Of a stretch of 64,000 nucleotides of DNA, positions 1 to 10,380 are shown piece by piece. Every line of letters begins with the position of its first letter. The stretch's first letter is position 1. The notes beneath the pieces were generated by a model that saw nothing but the letters and a program-made list of their open reading frames with translations, made no database searches and was not told the origin of the DNA. Both the position numbers and the translations under genes were made by a program. Location: assembly GCA_013152275.1 (NCBI GenBank), contig JAADGS010000018.1, positions 80,136 through 144,135 on the forward strand. Reading direction: 5' to 3'. The DNA comes from Actinomycetota bacterium (GTDB taxonomy: Bacteria; Actinomycetota; Acidimicrobiia; Spongiisociales; UBA4744).

Positions 1-5
1 ACCTG

Positions 6-557
6 ATGGGTCGACACGCTGCGCCCGGGCTCGGTGGGTTCTTCAGGGAACTCGGTATGTTCTCGCTGAAGGTGCTCTTCTGGGGCGTTGTCGTGTTCGG
101 CGGGGTGTTGCTGATTCCGAAGTTGCTGGGAGGATCGACGAGCACCTCCACCGCGGCGGTCCTTGCGGAGGTGACGACGACGGCTCCCACCACGACGGCT
201 CTTATCACGACGGTCCCTACGACGACGGCCCCCACCACGACGGCAGCGGTCCTTGCCACGACGACGATCGCAGTTCGTGACCCGTCGGAGGTGCAGGTCC
301 AGGTCGTCAATTCCACCGATCGCAACGGACTCGCTGCTTCCCTCAGTGAGGCACTCGCGACCCGTGGCTACGAGATGGCGGATAGCGACAACTACTCGCA
401 GACGCTCGACACGACACATGTCTGGTACTCGAGCGGTTTCGATCGCGAAGCGGCCGTGCTGGCATCCGGGTTCGTGCCGGGTGCGATCGTCGAGGAAGCG
501 CCCGAACCGTTGGACGTCGACATCCTCGTGGTGATCGGCGCTTCGTACAAGGGGTGA
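6..557 (+). CDS. Membrane-anchored LytR C-terminal domain protein
   Basis: N-terminal TM helix, Thr-rich linker, C-terminal VQVVNSTDRNGLAA...DILVVIG typical of LytR_C. Confidence 0.8.
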   Translation: MGRHAAPGLGGFFRELGMFSLKVLFWGVVVFGGVLLIPKLLGGSTSTSTAAVLAEVTTTAPTTTALITTVPTTTAPTTTAAVLATTTIAVRDPSEVQVQVVNSTDRNGLAASLSEALATRGYEMADSDNYSQTLDTTHVWYSSGFDREAAVLASGFVPGAIVEEAPEPLDVDILVVIGASYKG

Positions 558-1438
558 ATCGACTCAGCGGAAACCGCGGGAAGAGGCTACCTACCGGCTT
601 CTGGGTGATTTGGGCGTGGCTGATGGTGGTCCTCGGCGGCGTGTCGATCGCCGCGGGCATCGTCGGCGGGGTCCTCGCTCCGAGCGTGATTCTCGACATC
701 GTCTCCTTCTGGCCGCTGCTGGCGCTGGCAGCGCTGGTCGCGGTGGCTTTCCGTCCGTGGCGTCGAACCGACTCCTCGCGCATCGGTGCGATCTTTCCCA
801 TGCTGCTCATCACGGTCCTCGGGGTGACGGTGAGTCTGCACCTCCTCGGATGGTCTCGACTCCCTTCCGCGGCAGCGGACCTGACCGGACCGGGATCGGA
901 CACGGCTTCGGTCGTTTCGTTGAAGGTCGATCTGCCCGGGAAGCTGGTCCTCGATTCGGGAGAGGGTGCTCTCTACACGGTCAAGCTCGACAGGGAGGGC
1001 GGACGTCTCGGGGTCCCGGAGGCGCTGGAACGTGGGGGCGGCGAGGAGACGATGTTCATCGAGATCCGTCAGAAAGACGGTGGACGATGGTTTCGGACCA
1101 ACGGATGGGCGATTCGGCTCGCCCCGGAGCCGGCATGGAATCTGTCGCTCACGTCTCCGGAGTTCGCCGCCGACCTTCGATCACTCGACGTCCGGTCGGC
1201 CGAGTTCTCGGGGAGCGGAAGCGTCCTGCTGGGGCCACCCGTCGAGGGGATGCTCGTCGTGGTGTCCGGGTCCGTGGTCGTCGAAGTCCCTTCCGGCGTG
1301 CTCGTCGAGGTGAAGGGGACGGCGACGGTGCCTGGAGGGTGGGAAACGACGAGCGGCGGCTACCGATCCGCGGGGCAGGGCCCTGCCATCGAGGTTTCTG
1401 TAACCGAAGGGTCGCGAGTGGTGATCAAACAACGATAA
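554..1438 (+). CDS. Hypothetical membrane protein (3 N-terminal TM helices plus beta-rich domain)
   Basis: GTGA overlap with upstream gene; hydrophobic N-terminus. Confidence 0.65.
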   Translation: MNRLSGNRGKRLPTGFWVIWAWLMVVLGGVSIAAGIVGGVLAPSVILDIVSFWPLLALAALVAVAFRPWRRTDSSRIGAIFPMLLITVLGVTVSLHLLGWSRLPSAAADLTGPGSDTASVVSLKVDLPGKLVLDSGEGALYTVKLDREGGRLGVPEALERGGGEETMFIEIRQKDGGRWFRTNGWAIRLAPEPAWNLSLTSPEFAADLRSLDVRSAEFSGSGSVLLGPPVEGMLVVVSGSVVVEVPSGVLVEVKGTATVPGGWETTSGGYRSAGQGPAIEVSVTEGSRVVIKQR

Positions 1439-1450
1439 GCTGAGGGCCCA

Positions 1451-2698
1451 ATGACGAAACTCCCAGGATACGAGCAGATCAAGCGAGCTGGGATCGTGTC
1501 GTGGAGCGTGGTCGGAGCGATTCTCCTCCTTGTCGCCCTTGTCTGGCTTGCAGAGGCCGTCAGGGTGGTCTGGCCGCCGTTGGTACTGGCCGTCGCGCTG
1601 ATCTATCTGCTGGCACCACTCGTCGATCTTCTCCAGAGACACCACGTCCACCGGTTGGTCGGATCCTGTCTGTCCTACCTGTTGTTCATCGGTCTGATGG
1701 TGCTGATCGGGTTCCTCGTCGTGCCGATCATTCAGGATCAGTTCCAGGAGTTCGCCGACCGGGTTCCTCAGATCGTCGACGACGTGGGTGTGTTCGTCAC
1801 CGACGTAGGCAGGCGGTTCGGCTTCGCCGTCAACGTCCTCGACATGCAGTCGATCCAGCAGTGGGCGGCTTCGTTCTTCAGTCCGGAACGAATCCAGGAG
1901 ATTCTTGGTCAGGCGGGAGCGTTTGCACGCACCGGCATGCAAGTCATCGCAGTGTTCGCACTGGGTCCTGTCCTCGCGTTCTACATCCTCATGGATCTTC
2001 CGGGTATCAAGCAGCGGACTCGGAATCTGCTGCCGGAACGGGTCCGCGCTGAGATCGTGCATGTGTCGACGCAGGTCGGGAGAGTCATGGGCGGGTTCGT
2101 GCGGGGACAGCTTCTCGTGGCGCTGATCGTCGGCATTCTCTCGAGCATCGGACTGCGGATTCTCGGGGTTCCCTTCTGGCTGGTGATCGGGATGACCGCC
2201 GGTCTGTTGAACATCATCCCGTTCATCGGGCCGTGGGTCGGCGGCGCCCTGGCCGGCCTGCTGTCGCTGCTGTTCAAGGACGCTGCCACCGCCATCTGGT
2301 CGGTAGCCATGTTCGCCGCGGTCCAGCAGTTCGACAACCACGTGATCAGCCCGAACATTCTCAGAAAGCGGGTGCAACTGCACCCCGTATTCATCCTGCT
2401 TTCCCTGCTCCTCGGTGCATCGCTGGGCGGGTTCTTCGGTCTGCTCGTCGCGGTGCCGGTGGCCGCCGTCTTCAAAGTCGTGGCCGGGCACTTCTGGAGG
2501 ACGAGGGTGCTGGGAGAGTCGTGGGAAGAGGCCGCCGAGGCGGTGGCGCCGGAGTACGTTCCTCCGGGCAGGGAGAGTTTGATGGCGAGACTTCGCCGTG
2601 GCGGTTCGATGCACGAGTCGCACGACGAACCGGGCGGCGAGCCGGATGGCGAAGCGGTTCAGACCCGCACGGATACCGAGGATCCGGCGTCCCGGTAG
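1451..2698 (+). CDS. AI-2E family transporter
   Basis: Multi-TM; GFVRGQL, IPFIGP, QQFDNHVISPNI, LHPVFILLSLLLG motifs. Confidence 0.9.
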   Translation: MTKLPGYEQIKRAGIVSWSVVGAILLLVALVWLAEAVRVVWPPLVLAVALIYLLAPLVDLLQRHHVHRLVGSCLSYLLFIGLMVLIGFLVVPIIQDQFQEFADRVPQIVDDVGVFVTDVGRRFGFAVNVLDMQSIQQWAASFFSPERIQEILGQAGAFARTGMQVIAVFALGPVLAFYILMDLPGIKQRTRNLLPERVRAEIVHVSTQVGRVMGGFVRGQLLVALIVGILSSIGLRILGVPFWLVIGMTAGLLNIIPFIGPWVGGALAGLLSLLFKDAATAIWSVAMFAAVQQFDNHVISPNILRKRVQLHPVFILLSLLLGASLGGFFGLLVAVPVAAVFKVVAGHFWRTRVLGESWEEAAEAVAPEYVPPGRESLMARLRRGGSMHESHDEPGGEPDGEAVQTRTDTEDPASR

Positions 2699-2705
2699 GT
2701 CCGGG

Positions 2706-2732
2706 TCAAAGGTTTTCTTGGTGTGCCGATGA
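2706..2732 (+). promoter_or_regulatory. Putative sigma28-type promoter (TCAA-N15-GCCGATGA)
   Basis: Matches FliA/WhiG-type elements and spacing; intergenic, upstream of the liv operon. Confidence 0.35.
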
Positions 2733-2917
2733 CGGCTCCCGACACGTTGCACACCCGACCGACGTCCTGATGAAGCGACGTTCGAGCATGATCGGGCAGC
2801 GATCTCCTCGACATTTCGCGACGTGCCTTGTTTAGAATGCTCGCCATTCCCGACTCGTTCGGGAAGGACTGACGGCGAACACGATTGGGCGTCTTCCAGA
2901 TGCTCAGAAGGATCGAT

Positions 2918-4177
2918 ATGAACGGACACAAAAAGACATTTTTCCTCCTATTGGTGCTGGTTGTATTTGCGATGGTCGCTGCAGCCTGCGCCGGCCCGGC
3001 GACGTTGGAGGACTTCACACCGAAGGATCCAAGCTTGGGCGGAGTTCTCATCGGAGCCGATGAGCCGATCAAGATCGCGACGTTGCAGGCCATGAGCGGC
3101 GCTGTGGCCAGCCTTGGCCAAGACCAGGTGCGCGGTGTCGAGATCGCCATCGACGAGAAGCCGGAGATTCTCGGCCATAAGGTCGACTTGGCCTTCAAGG
3201 AAGACGACCTTTGCAGTTCCGAGGGTGGTACCACGGGTGCTCAGCGGATCGTGTCCGACCCGCAGGTCATCGGTGTTATCGGGACGAGCTGTTCGGGCGC
3301 CGGTGTTCCGGCATCCAAGATCGTCTCCGAGGCCGGACGTGTCATGATCTCGGGATCCAACACGTCGCCTGTGCTGACCGAAGTTGGGGGAGTGAAGGGC
3401 GCGGCATGGCAGCCCGGCTACTACCGGACGGCCCACAATGACGCCGTTCAGGGTGCTGCCGCAGCGAACTTCGTGTACACGAAGCTCGGCCTGACCAAGG
3501 TCTCGACGATCAATGACGGTGACCCGTACACGCAGGGCCTGACGACTGCGTTCGGCAAGTCGTTCAAGGATCTCGGTGGCGACATCGTTCTGGCAACGGC
3601 CATCGGTGCCACGGACACGGACATGCGGCCGGTGCTGACCGAGGTTGCGGCCTCGGGCGCCCAGCTGATCTTCTTCCCGATCTTCCAGCCTGCGGGTGAC
3701 TTCATTGCCGGCCAGGCGAAGGAAGTCTCGGGGTTGGAGGACGTGAAGCTCATGGGTGCAGACGGTCTGCTGTCGGACACCTACGTGGTGCTTCCGCAGA
3801 CGAAGGGCATGTACTTCTCGGGTCCTGCCACGCCGAAGACGGCGGCCTACGCCGACTTCGTGAAGACCTATGAGTCCAAGTTCGGTGAGAAGCCGATTCA
3901 GGCGTTCCACGCGCAAGCTCACGATGCGGCCATCATGCTGCTCGACGCGATCGAGGCCGTCGCCCAGCAGAAGGGTGACGTGCTGTACATCGACATGAAG
4001 GACCTGCGCGACGCTCTGTACAAGACGGACATACAGGGGTTGACCGGGCACATCGTCTGTAACCAGTTTGGTGACTGCGCCGATGCCGTTATCGACATCG
4101 TGCAGAACACCGATGCCACGGCGGACATCACTGCGGTGAAGGCGAACGTGCTGTACGAGTTCAGGCCCGGTCAGTAG
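2918..4177 (+). CDS. livK: Branched-chain amino acid ABC transporter substrate-binding lipoprotein
   Basis: Lipobox AAAC; DDLCS, GVIGTSCSG, YYRTAHND motifs; ATG after AGAAGGA. Confidence 0.88.
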   Translation: MNGHKKTFFLLLVLVVFAMVAAACAGPATLEDFTPKDPSLGGVLIGADEPIKIATLQAMSGAVASLGQDQVRGVEIAIDEKPEILGHKVDLAFKEDDLCSSEGGTTGAQRIVSDPQVIGVIGTSCSGAGVPASKIVSEAGRVMISGSNTSPVLTEVGGVKGAAWQPGYYRTAHNDAVQGAAAANFVYTKLGLTKVSTINDGDPYTQGLTTAFGKSFKDLGGDIVLATAIGATDTDMRPVLTEVAASGAQLIFFPIFQPAGDFIAGQAKEVSGLEDVKLMGADGLLSDTYVVLPQTKGMYFSGPATPKTAAYADFVKTYESKFGEKPIQAFHAQAHDAAIMLLDAIEAVAQQKGDVLYIDMKDLRDALYKTDIQGLTGHIVCNQFGDCADAVIDIVQNTDATADITAVKANVLYEFRPGQ

Positions 4178-4253
4178 CGATCGACGAGACTATGGGCGTT
4201 GTCCGGCGCCGCCTCGTGGCGGCGCCGGATAATGCCTGAGGTACCACCTGACT

Positions 4254-5333
4254 ATGGCAGAGCAAATGGCTGTGGATCATGTCCACGTACGGCGTGTCGG
4301 TTTCGTCACGGTCTTCCTGTGGGGGATTCGTATCCTGGCGATCCTGGCGATCGTCTACGGCTCCTGGGTCAGTCTTGCGTCCGGGAGGCTGACCGGAGAT
4401 CAGTGGAAAGACCTGATCGTGTTCGGTTTCGCGCAGGGCTCGATGTACGCGCTGATCGCTCTGGGCTACACGATGGTCTACGGCGTGCTGAAGTTCATCA
4501 ACTTTGCCCACGGCGAAGTGTTCATGAGTGGAGCGATGATCGGGTTTTTCGCCGCCGACGCGCTCCAGAACGCGGGGTTCTGGAACGCCCATCCGGTCCA
4601 GTCACTCCTCATCGTGCTCCTCGTGAGCATGACCACGTCGACCACGGTCGCCGTGTTGGTCGAGCGTATCGCCTATCGGCCGCTTCGCGGGGCCCCGCGG
4701 CTCATCCCCCTGATCACGTCGATCGGCGCGTCGTTCACTCTGCAGTACCTGTTCAAAGGCCTCTTCGGTGCCGGCACCAAGTCGTACCCGCCGATGGAGG
4801 CCCTCAAGGGCGCATGGGACATCTTCGGATTCAGGATTCTGAAGAACCAGTCGGTCGTCATCGTGGCTTCGCTGGTCATGATGGCCGGCCTCTACCTGTT
4901 CGTGGAGAAGACCAGAACGGGCCGGGCGATGCGAGCCGTTGCCGAGGATCCTGAGACGGCCGCGCTCATGGGTGTCAATGTCGACAGGACCATCGTCAAG
5001 GTCTTTGCCGTCGGCGGAGCCATGGCCGGGACCGCGGGTGCCCTCTGGGGCCTCGTCTTCCCGACCGTCAATTTCCTCACCGGTTTCTTCCCTGGCATCA
5101 AGGCGTTCACCGCGGCCGTGCTCGGCGGTATCGGTAACATCGCCGGCGCGATGCTGGGCGGCGTGTCTCTCGGTCTGTTCGAGGGCGTCGGACCGAGCCT
5201 GGTCCTTGCGGGATTCCACGTTCCGGCATTCAATCAGCTGCGCGATGTCGTCGCGTTCGTGGCCCTCGTTCTCGTTCTGATCTTCCGCCCGACCGGCATT
5301 CTCGGTGAGCAACTCGCGGAGGAACGAGGGTGA
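4254..5333 (+). CDS. livH: Branched-chain amino acid ABC transporter permease
   Basis: YALIALGYTMVYGVLKFINFAHG; GRAMRAVAED. Confidence 0.92.
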   Translation: MAEQMAVDHVHVRRVGFVTVFLWGIRILAILAIVYGSWVSLASGRLTGDQWKDLIVFGFAQGSMYALIALGYTMVYGVLKFINFAHGEVFMSGAMIGFFAADALQNAGFWNAHPVQSLLIVLLVSMTTSTTVAVLVERIAYRPLRGAPRLIPLITSIGASFTLQYLFKGLFGAGTKSYPPMEALKGAWDIFGFRILKNQSVVIVASLVMMAGLYLFVEKTRTGRAMRAVAEDPETAALMGVNVDRTIVKVFAVGGAMAGTAGALWGLVFPTVNFLTGFFPGIKAFTAAVLGGIGNIAGAMLGGVSLGLFEGVGPSLVLAGFHVPAFNQLRDVVAFVALVLVLIFRPTGILGEQLAEERG

Positions 5334-7120
5334 GTACGGCAGCAGCGATCGATACGCGCGGGACAGCCGGGCTGAGACCGTCCCGGCCCGTCGATCTGCG
5401 GCGCGCGATCAGGCTCGGTCCGCTGGCAGGCGTCGTCGCCATCGTGATGGCCGCCATCGGCATGGTCGAAACATTCGAATCGCGTGTGCTGATCGATCCG
5501 TTCCTGGCACTCGGCTACGCGGCCCTGTATCTGGTCCCATTCGCGTTCGGCTACGTCGCGGCTCAGCCGCCGGAGCAGCTGGAAGGCTTTGCTCCACCGA
5601 AGTTGGGGGGACGGAACGTCGCGGCCGGCGCACTCGCCGGACTGCTCTGCGGTGTCCTCCTGACCGGGTTCTCGCTGCTGGCCGGCGCCGTAGACCTGCG
5701 AACGACATTTCCTTCCGTTTCTCCGGCCATGGTCCAGCTCCTGCGATTCGGCCTCGGCGCCGGAGCGGCGGCCGTCGTGGTTCCCTTGGTGAGCACCGTC
5801 GTCGGGGCGTCCGGGGGCGTCGTGCACCTCTTGCCTGCTCGACTTCGCCGGAGCATTCTCTACAGCCTCGCATGGGTGCTGTTGTGGGGGTTGCTCGAAG
5901 ATGTGTTCCAGCAGTTCTTCCGTGGTTTCCGTGTGCCGGGACTCAACCAGATGCTCTATGCCCGCTCCGGTGGGCTCTCGGTGCGGGGAGCAGTCGTCAT
6001 CGGCATCGTCTTCTTCGGTATCTACTGGTACCTCGGTGGTCGCAAGACGACGGTTCGAGGCCGCTTCGAGCAACTGAATCAGCAGCAGCGAGTTCGGGTC
6101 TCCCTGGTGGCGGTCGTCCTCGTTTTCCTCGCGCTGGCGGTGCTTCCCAGCATCCTGGGGTCCTTTCTCTCCGAGGTGCTCGATCTCGCGGGTCTCTTCC
6201 TGTTGATGGCGCTCGGCCTCAACATCGTGGTGGGGTTCGCCGGTCTGCTCGATCTGGGATACGTGGCCTTTTTCGCCGTCGGCGCATACACGGCGGCAAT
6301 CCTGACGTCTCCCAACTCGCCGAGGTGGACGCCGGAGATGACGCTGTGGGGAGCGCTTCCGTTCGTGATGCTCGCCGCCGCCGTCGCAGGGCTCCTCGTC
6401 GGGGCCCCCGTGCTACGGATGCGCGGTGACTACTTGGCGATCGTCACGCTCGGTTTCGGCGAGATCGCTCGGATCCTGCTCAACTCGGAGGCGCTGGCGC
6501 CGGAGTTTGGCGGTGCACAGGGCATCATCAACATTCCGACGATGACCATCGGCCCGATCATCATCAAGACCCCGCAGAACTTCTTCTTCCCGATCTTCAT
6601 CTTCGTGCTGCTCGCCGTATACGTATCGCTGTCGTTACAGAAATCGCGGATAGGCCGCGCATGGATGGCGATGCGCGAGGACGAGTCGGTCGCGGAGACG
6701 ATGGGGGTGAACATCGTCACGGCCAAGCTGTCGGCGTTCATCGTCGGCGCGGTGCTGGCCAGCCTCGGAGGTGCGCTGTTCTCCGCCAAGATCGGGGCGA
6801 TCTTCCCGCACTCGTTCAACATCGTCGTGTCGATCACCGTGCTCGTGATCATCATCGTGGGTGGTATGGGCAGCATCCCCGGTGTAGCGCTCGGTGCCGT
6901 CGTGCTGATCGCGATGCCCGAACTGCTGCGCGAGTTCTCCGAGTACAAGTTCCTGCTCTACGGCGTGCTCCTGATATTCATGATGATCAAACGGCCGGAA
7001 GGATTCATTCCGAGTCGACGAAGGGCCAAGGAGCTGCACAAGGATGAACTGCTCCAGGATGCCTGGATGGATATCTACCAAGCCGACGCCGGGGATGAGC
7101 CGGCCGAGGGAGACGTGTGA
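5330..7120 (+). CDS. livM: Branched-chain amino acid ABC transporter permease with extra N-terminal TM region
   Basis: GLNIVVGFAGLLDLGYVAFFAVGAY; RGDYLAIVTLGFGEI. Confidence 0.92.
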   Translation: MSTAAAIDTRGTAGLRPSRPVDLRRAIRLGPLAGVVAIVMAAIGMVETFESRVLIDPFLALGYAALYLVPFAFGYVAAQPPEQLEGFAPPKLGGRNVAAGALAGLLCGVLLTGFSLLAGAVDLRTTFPSVSPAMVQLLRFGLGAGAAAVVVPLVSTVVGASGGVVHLLPARLRRSILYSLAWVLLWGLLEDVFQQFFRGFRVPGLNQMLYARSGGLSVRGAVVIGIVFFGIYWYLGGRKTTVRGRFEQLNQQQRVRVSLVAVVLVFLALAVLPSILGSFLSEVLDLAGLFLLMALGLNIVVGFAGLLDLGYVAFFAVGAYTAAILTSPNSPRWTPEMTLWGALPFVMLAAAVAGLLVGAPVLRMRGDYLAIVTLGFGEIARILLNSEALAPEFGGAQGIINIPTMTIGPIIIKTPQNFFFPIFIFVLLAVYVSLSLQKSRIGRAWMAMREDESVAETMGVNIVTAKLSAFIVGAVLASLGGALFSAKIGAIFPHSFNIVVSITVLVIIIVGGMGSIPGVALGAVVLIAMPELLREFSEYKFLLYGVLLIFMMIKRPEGFIPSRRRAKELHKDELLQDAWMDIYQADAGDEPAEGDV

Positions 7121-7908
7121 TGCCGCTCTTCGAGACGAAGGCCCTTCGCAAGACATTCGGGGGTTTGACTGCAATCAATGGCCTGGACCTGCACGTGGAG
7201 AAGGGTGAGATCGTCAGCGTCATCGGTCCGAACGGGGCCGGGAAGACGACCCTGTTCAACCTCATCACCGGAATGATGCCGCCGGACTCGGGCCAGATCA
7301 ACTTCGACTCCGAGAACATCGTCGGTCTCGCACCGAGCCAGGTCATCAAGCTGGGGATCAGTCGCACGTTCCAGAACGTACGGCTGTTCCCGACGATGAC
7401 CATTCGTGAGAACGTCATGGTGGCTCGTCACTGCCGTACGAAGTCGGGTGTCATCTCCGCAGTGCTCCGCACGCCGAAGTTTCGGCGGGAAGAGGAGGAG
7501 ACCAAGCGCATCGCTGAGGAAACCCTTGCATTCTTCGGGACCCGGCTCGTCGGATACCGCCTCGACCAGGAGGCATACATGCTGTCGTACGCGAATCGAC
7601 GCCGGCTGGAGATCGCCCGAGCGATGGCGTCGTCCCCGAAACTCATCCTGCTCGACGAGCCCACCGCCGGGATGAACCCGAAAGAGACGGCCGAGATCGC
7701 CCAGTTGATCGGTCGGCTTCGCGACAAGAAGGGGTTTACGATCTTGGTCATCGAGCACGACATGCGGGTCGTCAAGGGCGTTTCCGACCGTGTCGTCGTC
7801 ATCGACTACGGAAAGAAGATCGCCGACGGCAGCTACGAGGAGGTCGCTCACAACCCGCAGGTCATCGAGGCGTACCTGGGACGCCGGACCGAGAAGGATT
7901 CGAAGTGA
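7117..7908 (+). CDS. livG: Branched-chain amino acid ABC transporter ATP-binding protein
   Basis: GPNGAGKTT; RTFQNVRLF; LLDEPTAG; VIEAYLG. Confidence 0.93.
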   Translation: MMPLFETKALRKTFGGLTAINGLDLHVEKGEIVSVIGPNGAGKTTLFNLITGMMPPDSGQINFDSENIVGLAPSQVIKLGISRTFQNVRLFPTMTIRENVMVARHCRTKSGVISAVLRTPKFRREEEETKRIAEETLAFFGTRLVGYRLDQEAYMLSYANRRRLEIARAMASSPKLILLDEPTAGMNPKETAEIAQLIGRLRDKKGFTILVIEHDMRVVKGVSDRVVVIDYGKKIADGSYEEVAHNPQVIEAYLGRRTEKDSK

Positions 7909-8636
7909 CTGCTCGGACACCGGTCCTCGAGATGGTCGGCGTCGATACCCACTATGGCGCCATTCAGATGCTCCGCGACGTCAACGTCGAGATCTACGAC
8001 GGTGAGATCGTCTGTTTGCTGGGCGGCAACGCGTCGGGCAAGACGACGACGCTCAAGACGATTCTCGGGTATGTGACGCCGTCGGACGGTGAAGTTCGCC
8101 TCGACGGCGAGAAGGTGAGTGGGCTTCCCACGACCAAGATCGTCGACCGCGGCATCACGATGGTTCCCGAGAATCGCAGGCTCTTCAAGCGGATGACCGT
8201 CAGAGAGAACCTCGAGATGGGTACGTATCTCAGGAGGGACCGCCGGGGAGTGGAAGAAGACCTCGAGCGGGTCTTCGATCTGTTTCCCCGGGTGAAGGAG
8301 AGGCTCAATCAGCGGGCCGGCACACTCTCCGGGGGCGAACAGCAGATGGTGGCCATGGGGCGGGCACTCATGGCGCGTCCGAAGGTGCTGTTGATGGACG
8401 AGCCCTCCATGGGGTTGGCGCCGGTGTTCGTCGCACAGAACTTCGACATCATCCAGCAGGTCAACAAGGAGCAGGGCACCGCCATCTTCATGGTGGAGCA
8501 GAACGCCAACATGGCCTTGTCGATCGCCGACCGTGGCTATGTGCTGCAAACCGGGAGGATCGTGCTCGCCGACACTGCCGAGCGGTTACTTGCGAACCCC
8601 CAGATGCGTCAGGCGTATCTCGGAGAGATCGACTGA
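7905..8636 (+). CDS. livF: Branched-chain amino acid ABC transporter ATP-binding protein
   Basis: GGNASGKTT; LSGGEQQM; MDEPSMGLAP; VEQNA. Confidence 0.93.
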   Translation: MTARTPVLEMVGVDTHYGAIQMLRDVNVEIYDGEIVCLLGGNASGKTTTLKTILGYVTPSDGEVRLDGEKVSGLPTTKIVDRGITMVPENRRLFKRMTVRENLEMGTYLRRDRRGVEEDLERVFDLFPRVKERLNQRAGTLSGGEQQMVAMGRALMARPKVLLMDEPSMGLAPVFVAQNFDIIQQVNKEQGTAIFMVEQNANMALSIADRGYVLQTGRIVLADTAERLLANPQMRQAYLGEID

Positions 8637-8663
8637 TCGAATCCGGGTCGAGACCGGTCTAAT

Positions 8664-9395
8664 GTGGCAGGGCAGATGGAGCCCATCACACACGAGATCG
8701 CCGCGACCGACGCCTACGCTCGAACCACCGAGGCGCTGGTCGTCGACGTGACCGGGCAGGGTGTCGTACTCGACCGGACCGTCTTCTATCCACGCGGAGG
8801 GGGTCAGCCCGGCGACACCGGCGTACTTCGGTGGGATGGGGGCAGCGTCGCCGTCACCGACACGATCCGTTCGTCCGGTGTCCCGGTTCACGTCCTCGAT
8901 GGGGAGCCACCGGCGGTGGGGACGACCGTGACCGCAGAGATCGACTGGGACCGTCGCCATCTCCTGATGCGCACTCACACCGCCCTGCACGCGCTCTCTG
9001 CGATCATCTGGCAGGACTTCGATGCCAAGGTCACGGGCGGCAACATGGAGCCCGGTGCCGCCCGGATGGATTTCGAGCTGGACTCGATCTCGGTGGAGTT
9101 CGGCCATCGCGTCGAGGAACGGCTCAACACCGAACTCGGCGCCGACCGTCCCATCCACGTGCTGTTCCTGCCTCGGGACGAGGCCCTTGCAGATCCGGAG
9201 CTGATCCGGACCAAGGTCAGCCTCTTGCCGCCGTCGATCGATCCGATCCGCGTGATCGAGATCGAAGGTCTCGACAAGCAGGCCGACGGAGGGACCCACG
9301 TCCGTTCGACGGCCGAGGTCGGCAGGGTCCGGGTCGTCAAGACACAGTCCAAGGGGAAAGGGAACAAACGGATGCGCATCGAGCTCGAGCGGTGA
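8664..9395 (+). CDS. alaX: Alanyl-tRNA editing protein (AlaX-M type)
   Basis: FYPRGGGQPGDTG; MRTHTALH; DGGTHV; KGKGNKRMRI. Confidence 0.9.
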   Translation: MAGQMEPITHEIAATDAYARTTEALVVDVTGQGVVLDRTVFYPRGGGQPGDTGVLRWDGGSVAVTDTIRSSGVPVHVLDGEPPAVGTTVTAEIDWDRRHLLMRTHTALHALSAIIWQDFDAKVTGGNMEPGAARMDFELDSISVEFGHRVEERLNTELGADRPIHVLFLPRDEALADPELIRTKVSLLPPSIDPIRVIEIEGLDKQADGGTHVRSTAEVGRVRVVKTQSKGKGNKRMRIELER

Positions 9396-9402
9396 TCGAC
9401 TC

Positions 9403-10371
9403 TTGATCGACTTCATCCTCGGCCTGTACTTCGCCGGCCTGTTCGTGCGGGGCTGGCTGCGTGGATTCGTGCGCGAGCTGATGGACCTCATCGGTCTGAT
9501 CGTCGGGCTCGCCCTCGCATTCCGACTCAGTGGCCCTGCCGGCGCATTCGTGCGCAACTGGGCCGGAACGTCCGACGTGGTCTCGCGCCTCATCGGCGGC
9601 TTTGCAATCTTCCTCGCCGTGGGGATCGTGGCGAGCATCGGCGCCCATTTCCTTCAGCGGCTCTTCTCCCTTCCCGGCCTTGCATTGTCGAACCGGCTCT
9701 TTGGGGCGGTGCTGGCTCTGACGTGGGCGTTGTTCCTTGCCGTTCTGATCTTGTCCCTGCTGGCCGTGCTCCCACTGCCGCCGTCGGCGGCAGACCAACT
9801 CGACAACTCCAGAGTCGCCACCTATCTGACCGACCCGGATGCGTTGCCGCAAACGGTCTTCCAGTCGATCGCAGGGGATCGGGTGCTCGAAGCTCTGCTG
9901 AATATGCAGGAGCTCGTTGGCGGCAAGGAGGTCATCCTTCAGAAAGGTGAGACACTCGAGCTTCCCGCCGCGGCCGAGGACGACCTCAGGACCGACGACA
10001 AGGCGGCAGCGGAGATCTTCGATCTCCTCAACCGTTCCCGTGTCGAGGAAGGACTCGATCCGCTGGCCTGGTCGGCGGCGCTGGCCGGCGTCGGTCAGGC
10101 CTACGCCGAGGAGATGTATGTCGGAGGGTTCTTCAGCCATGAGTCGCCGGTGACCGGCAACGTTGTCGATCGAGTGAAGAAGGCCGGGATTCCGTATCGC
10201 GTCCTGGGAGAGAACCTCGCGTTGGCCTCGACGGCCAAGACGGTGCACGACGGCCTGATGGCCAGCCCGGCGCATCGCGAGAACATCCTGCGACCCGAGT
10301 TCACTCGAGTCGGTATCGGCGTGGTCGCCGGACCGCTCGGACTGATGGTGGTCGAAGTGTTCCAGGGCTGA
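9403..10371 (+). CDS. CvpA-family membrane domain fused to CAP/SCP domain
   Basis: N-terminal GWLRGFVRE and NRLFGAVL (CvpA); C-terminal FSHESP, GENLA, MASPAHRENIL (CAP). Confidence 0.85.
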   Translation: MIDFILGLYFAGLFVRGWLRGFVRELMDLIGLIVGLALAFRLSGPAGAFVRNWAGTSDVVSRLIGGFAIFLAVGIVASIGAHFLQRLFSLPGLALSNRLFGAVLALTWALFLAVLILSLLAVLPLPPSAADQLDNSRVATYLTDPDALPQTVFQSIAGDRVLEALLNMQELVGGKEVILQKGETLELPAAAEDDLRTDDKAAAEIFDLLNRSRVEEGLDPLAWSAALAGVGQAYAEEMYVGGFFSHESPVTGNVVDRVKKAGIPYRVLGENLALASTAKTVHDGLMASPAHRENILRPEFTRVGIGVVAGPLGLMVVEVFQG

Positions 10372-10380
10372 TTCCCGTTT

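Noticed and set aside
170..270. ACGACG-rich repeats
   Set aside because: Encode the Thr-rich linker of the LytR_C protein; not an array
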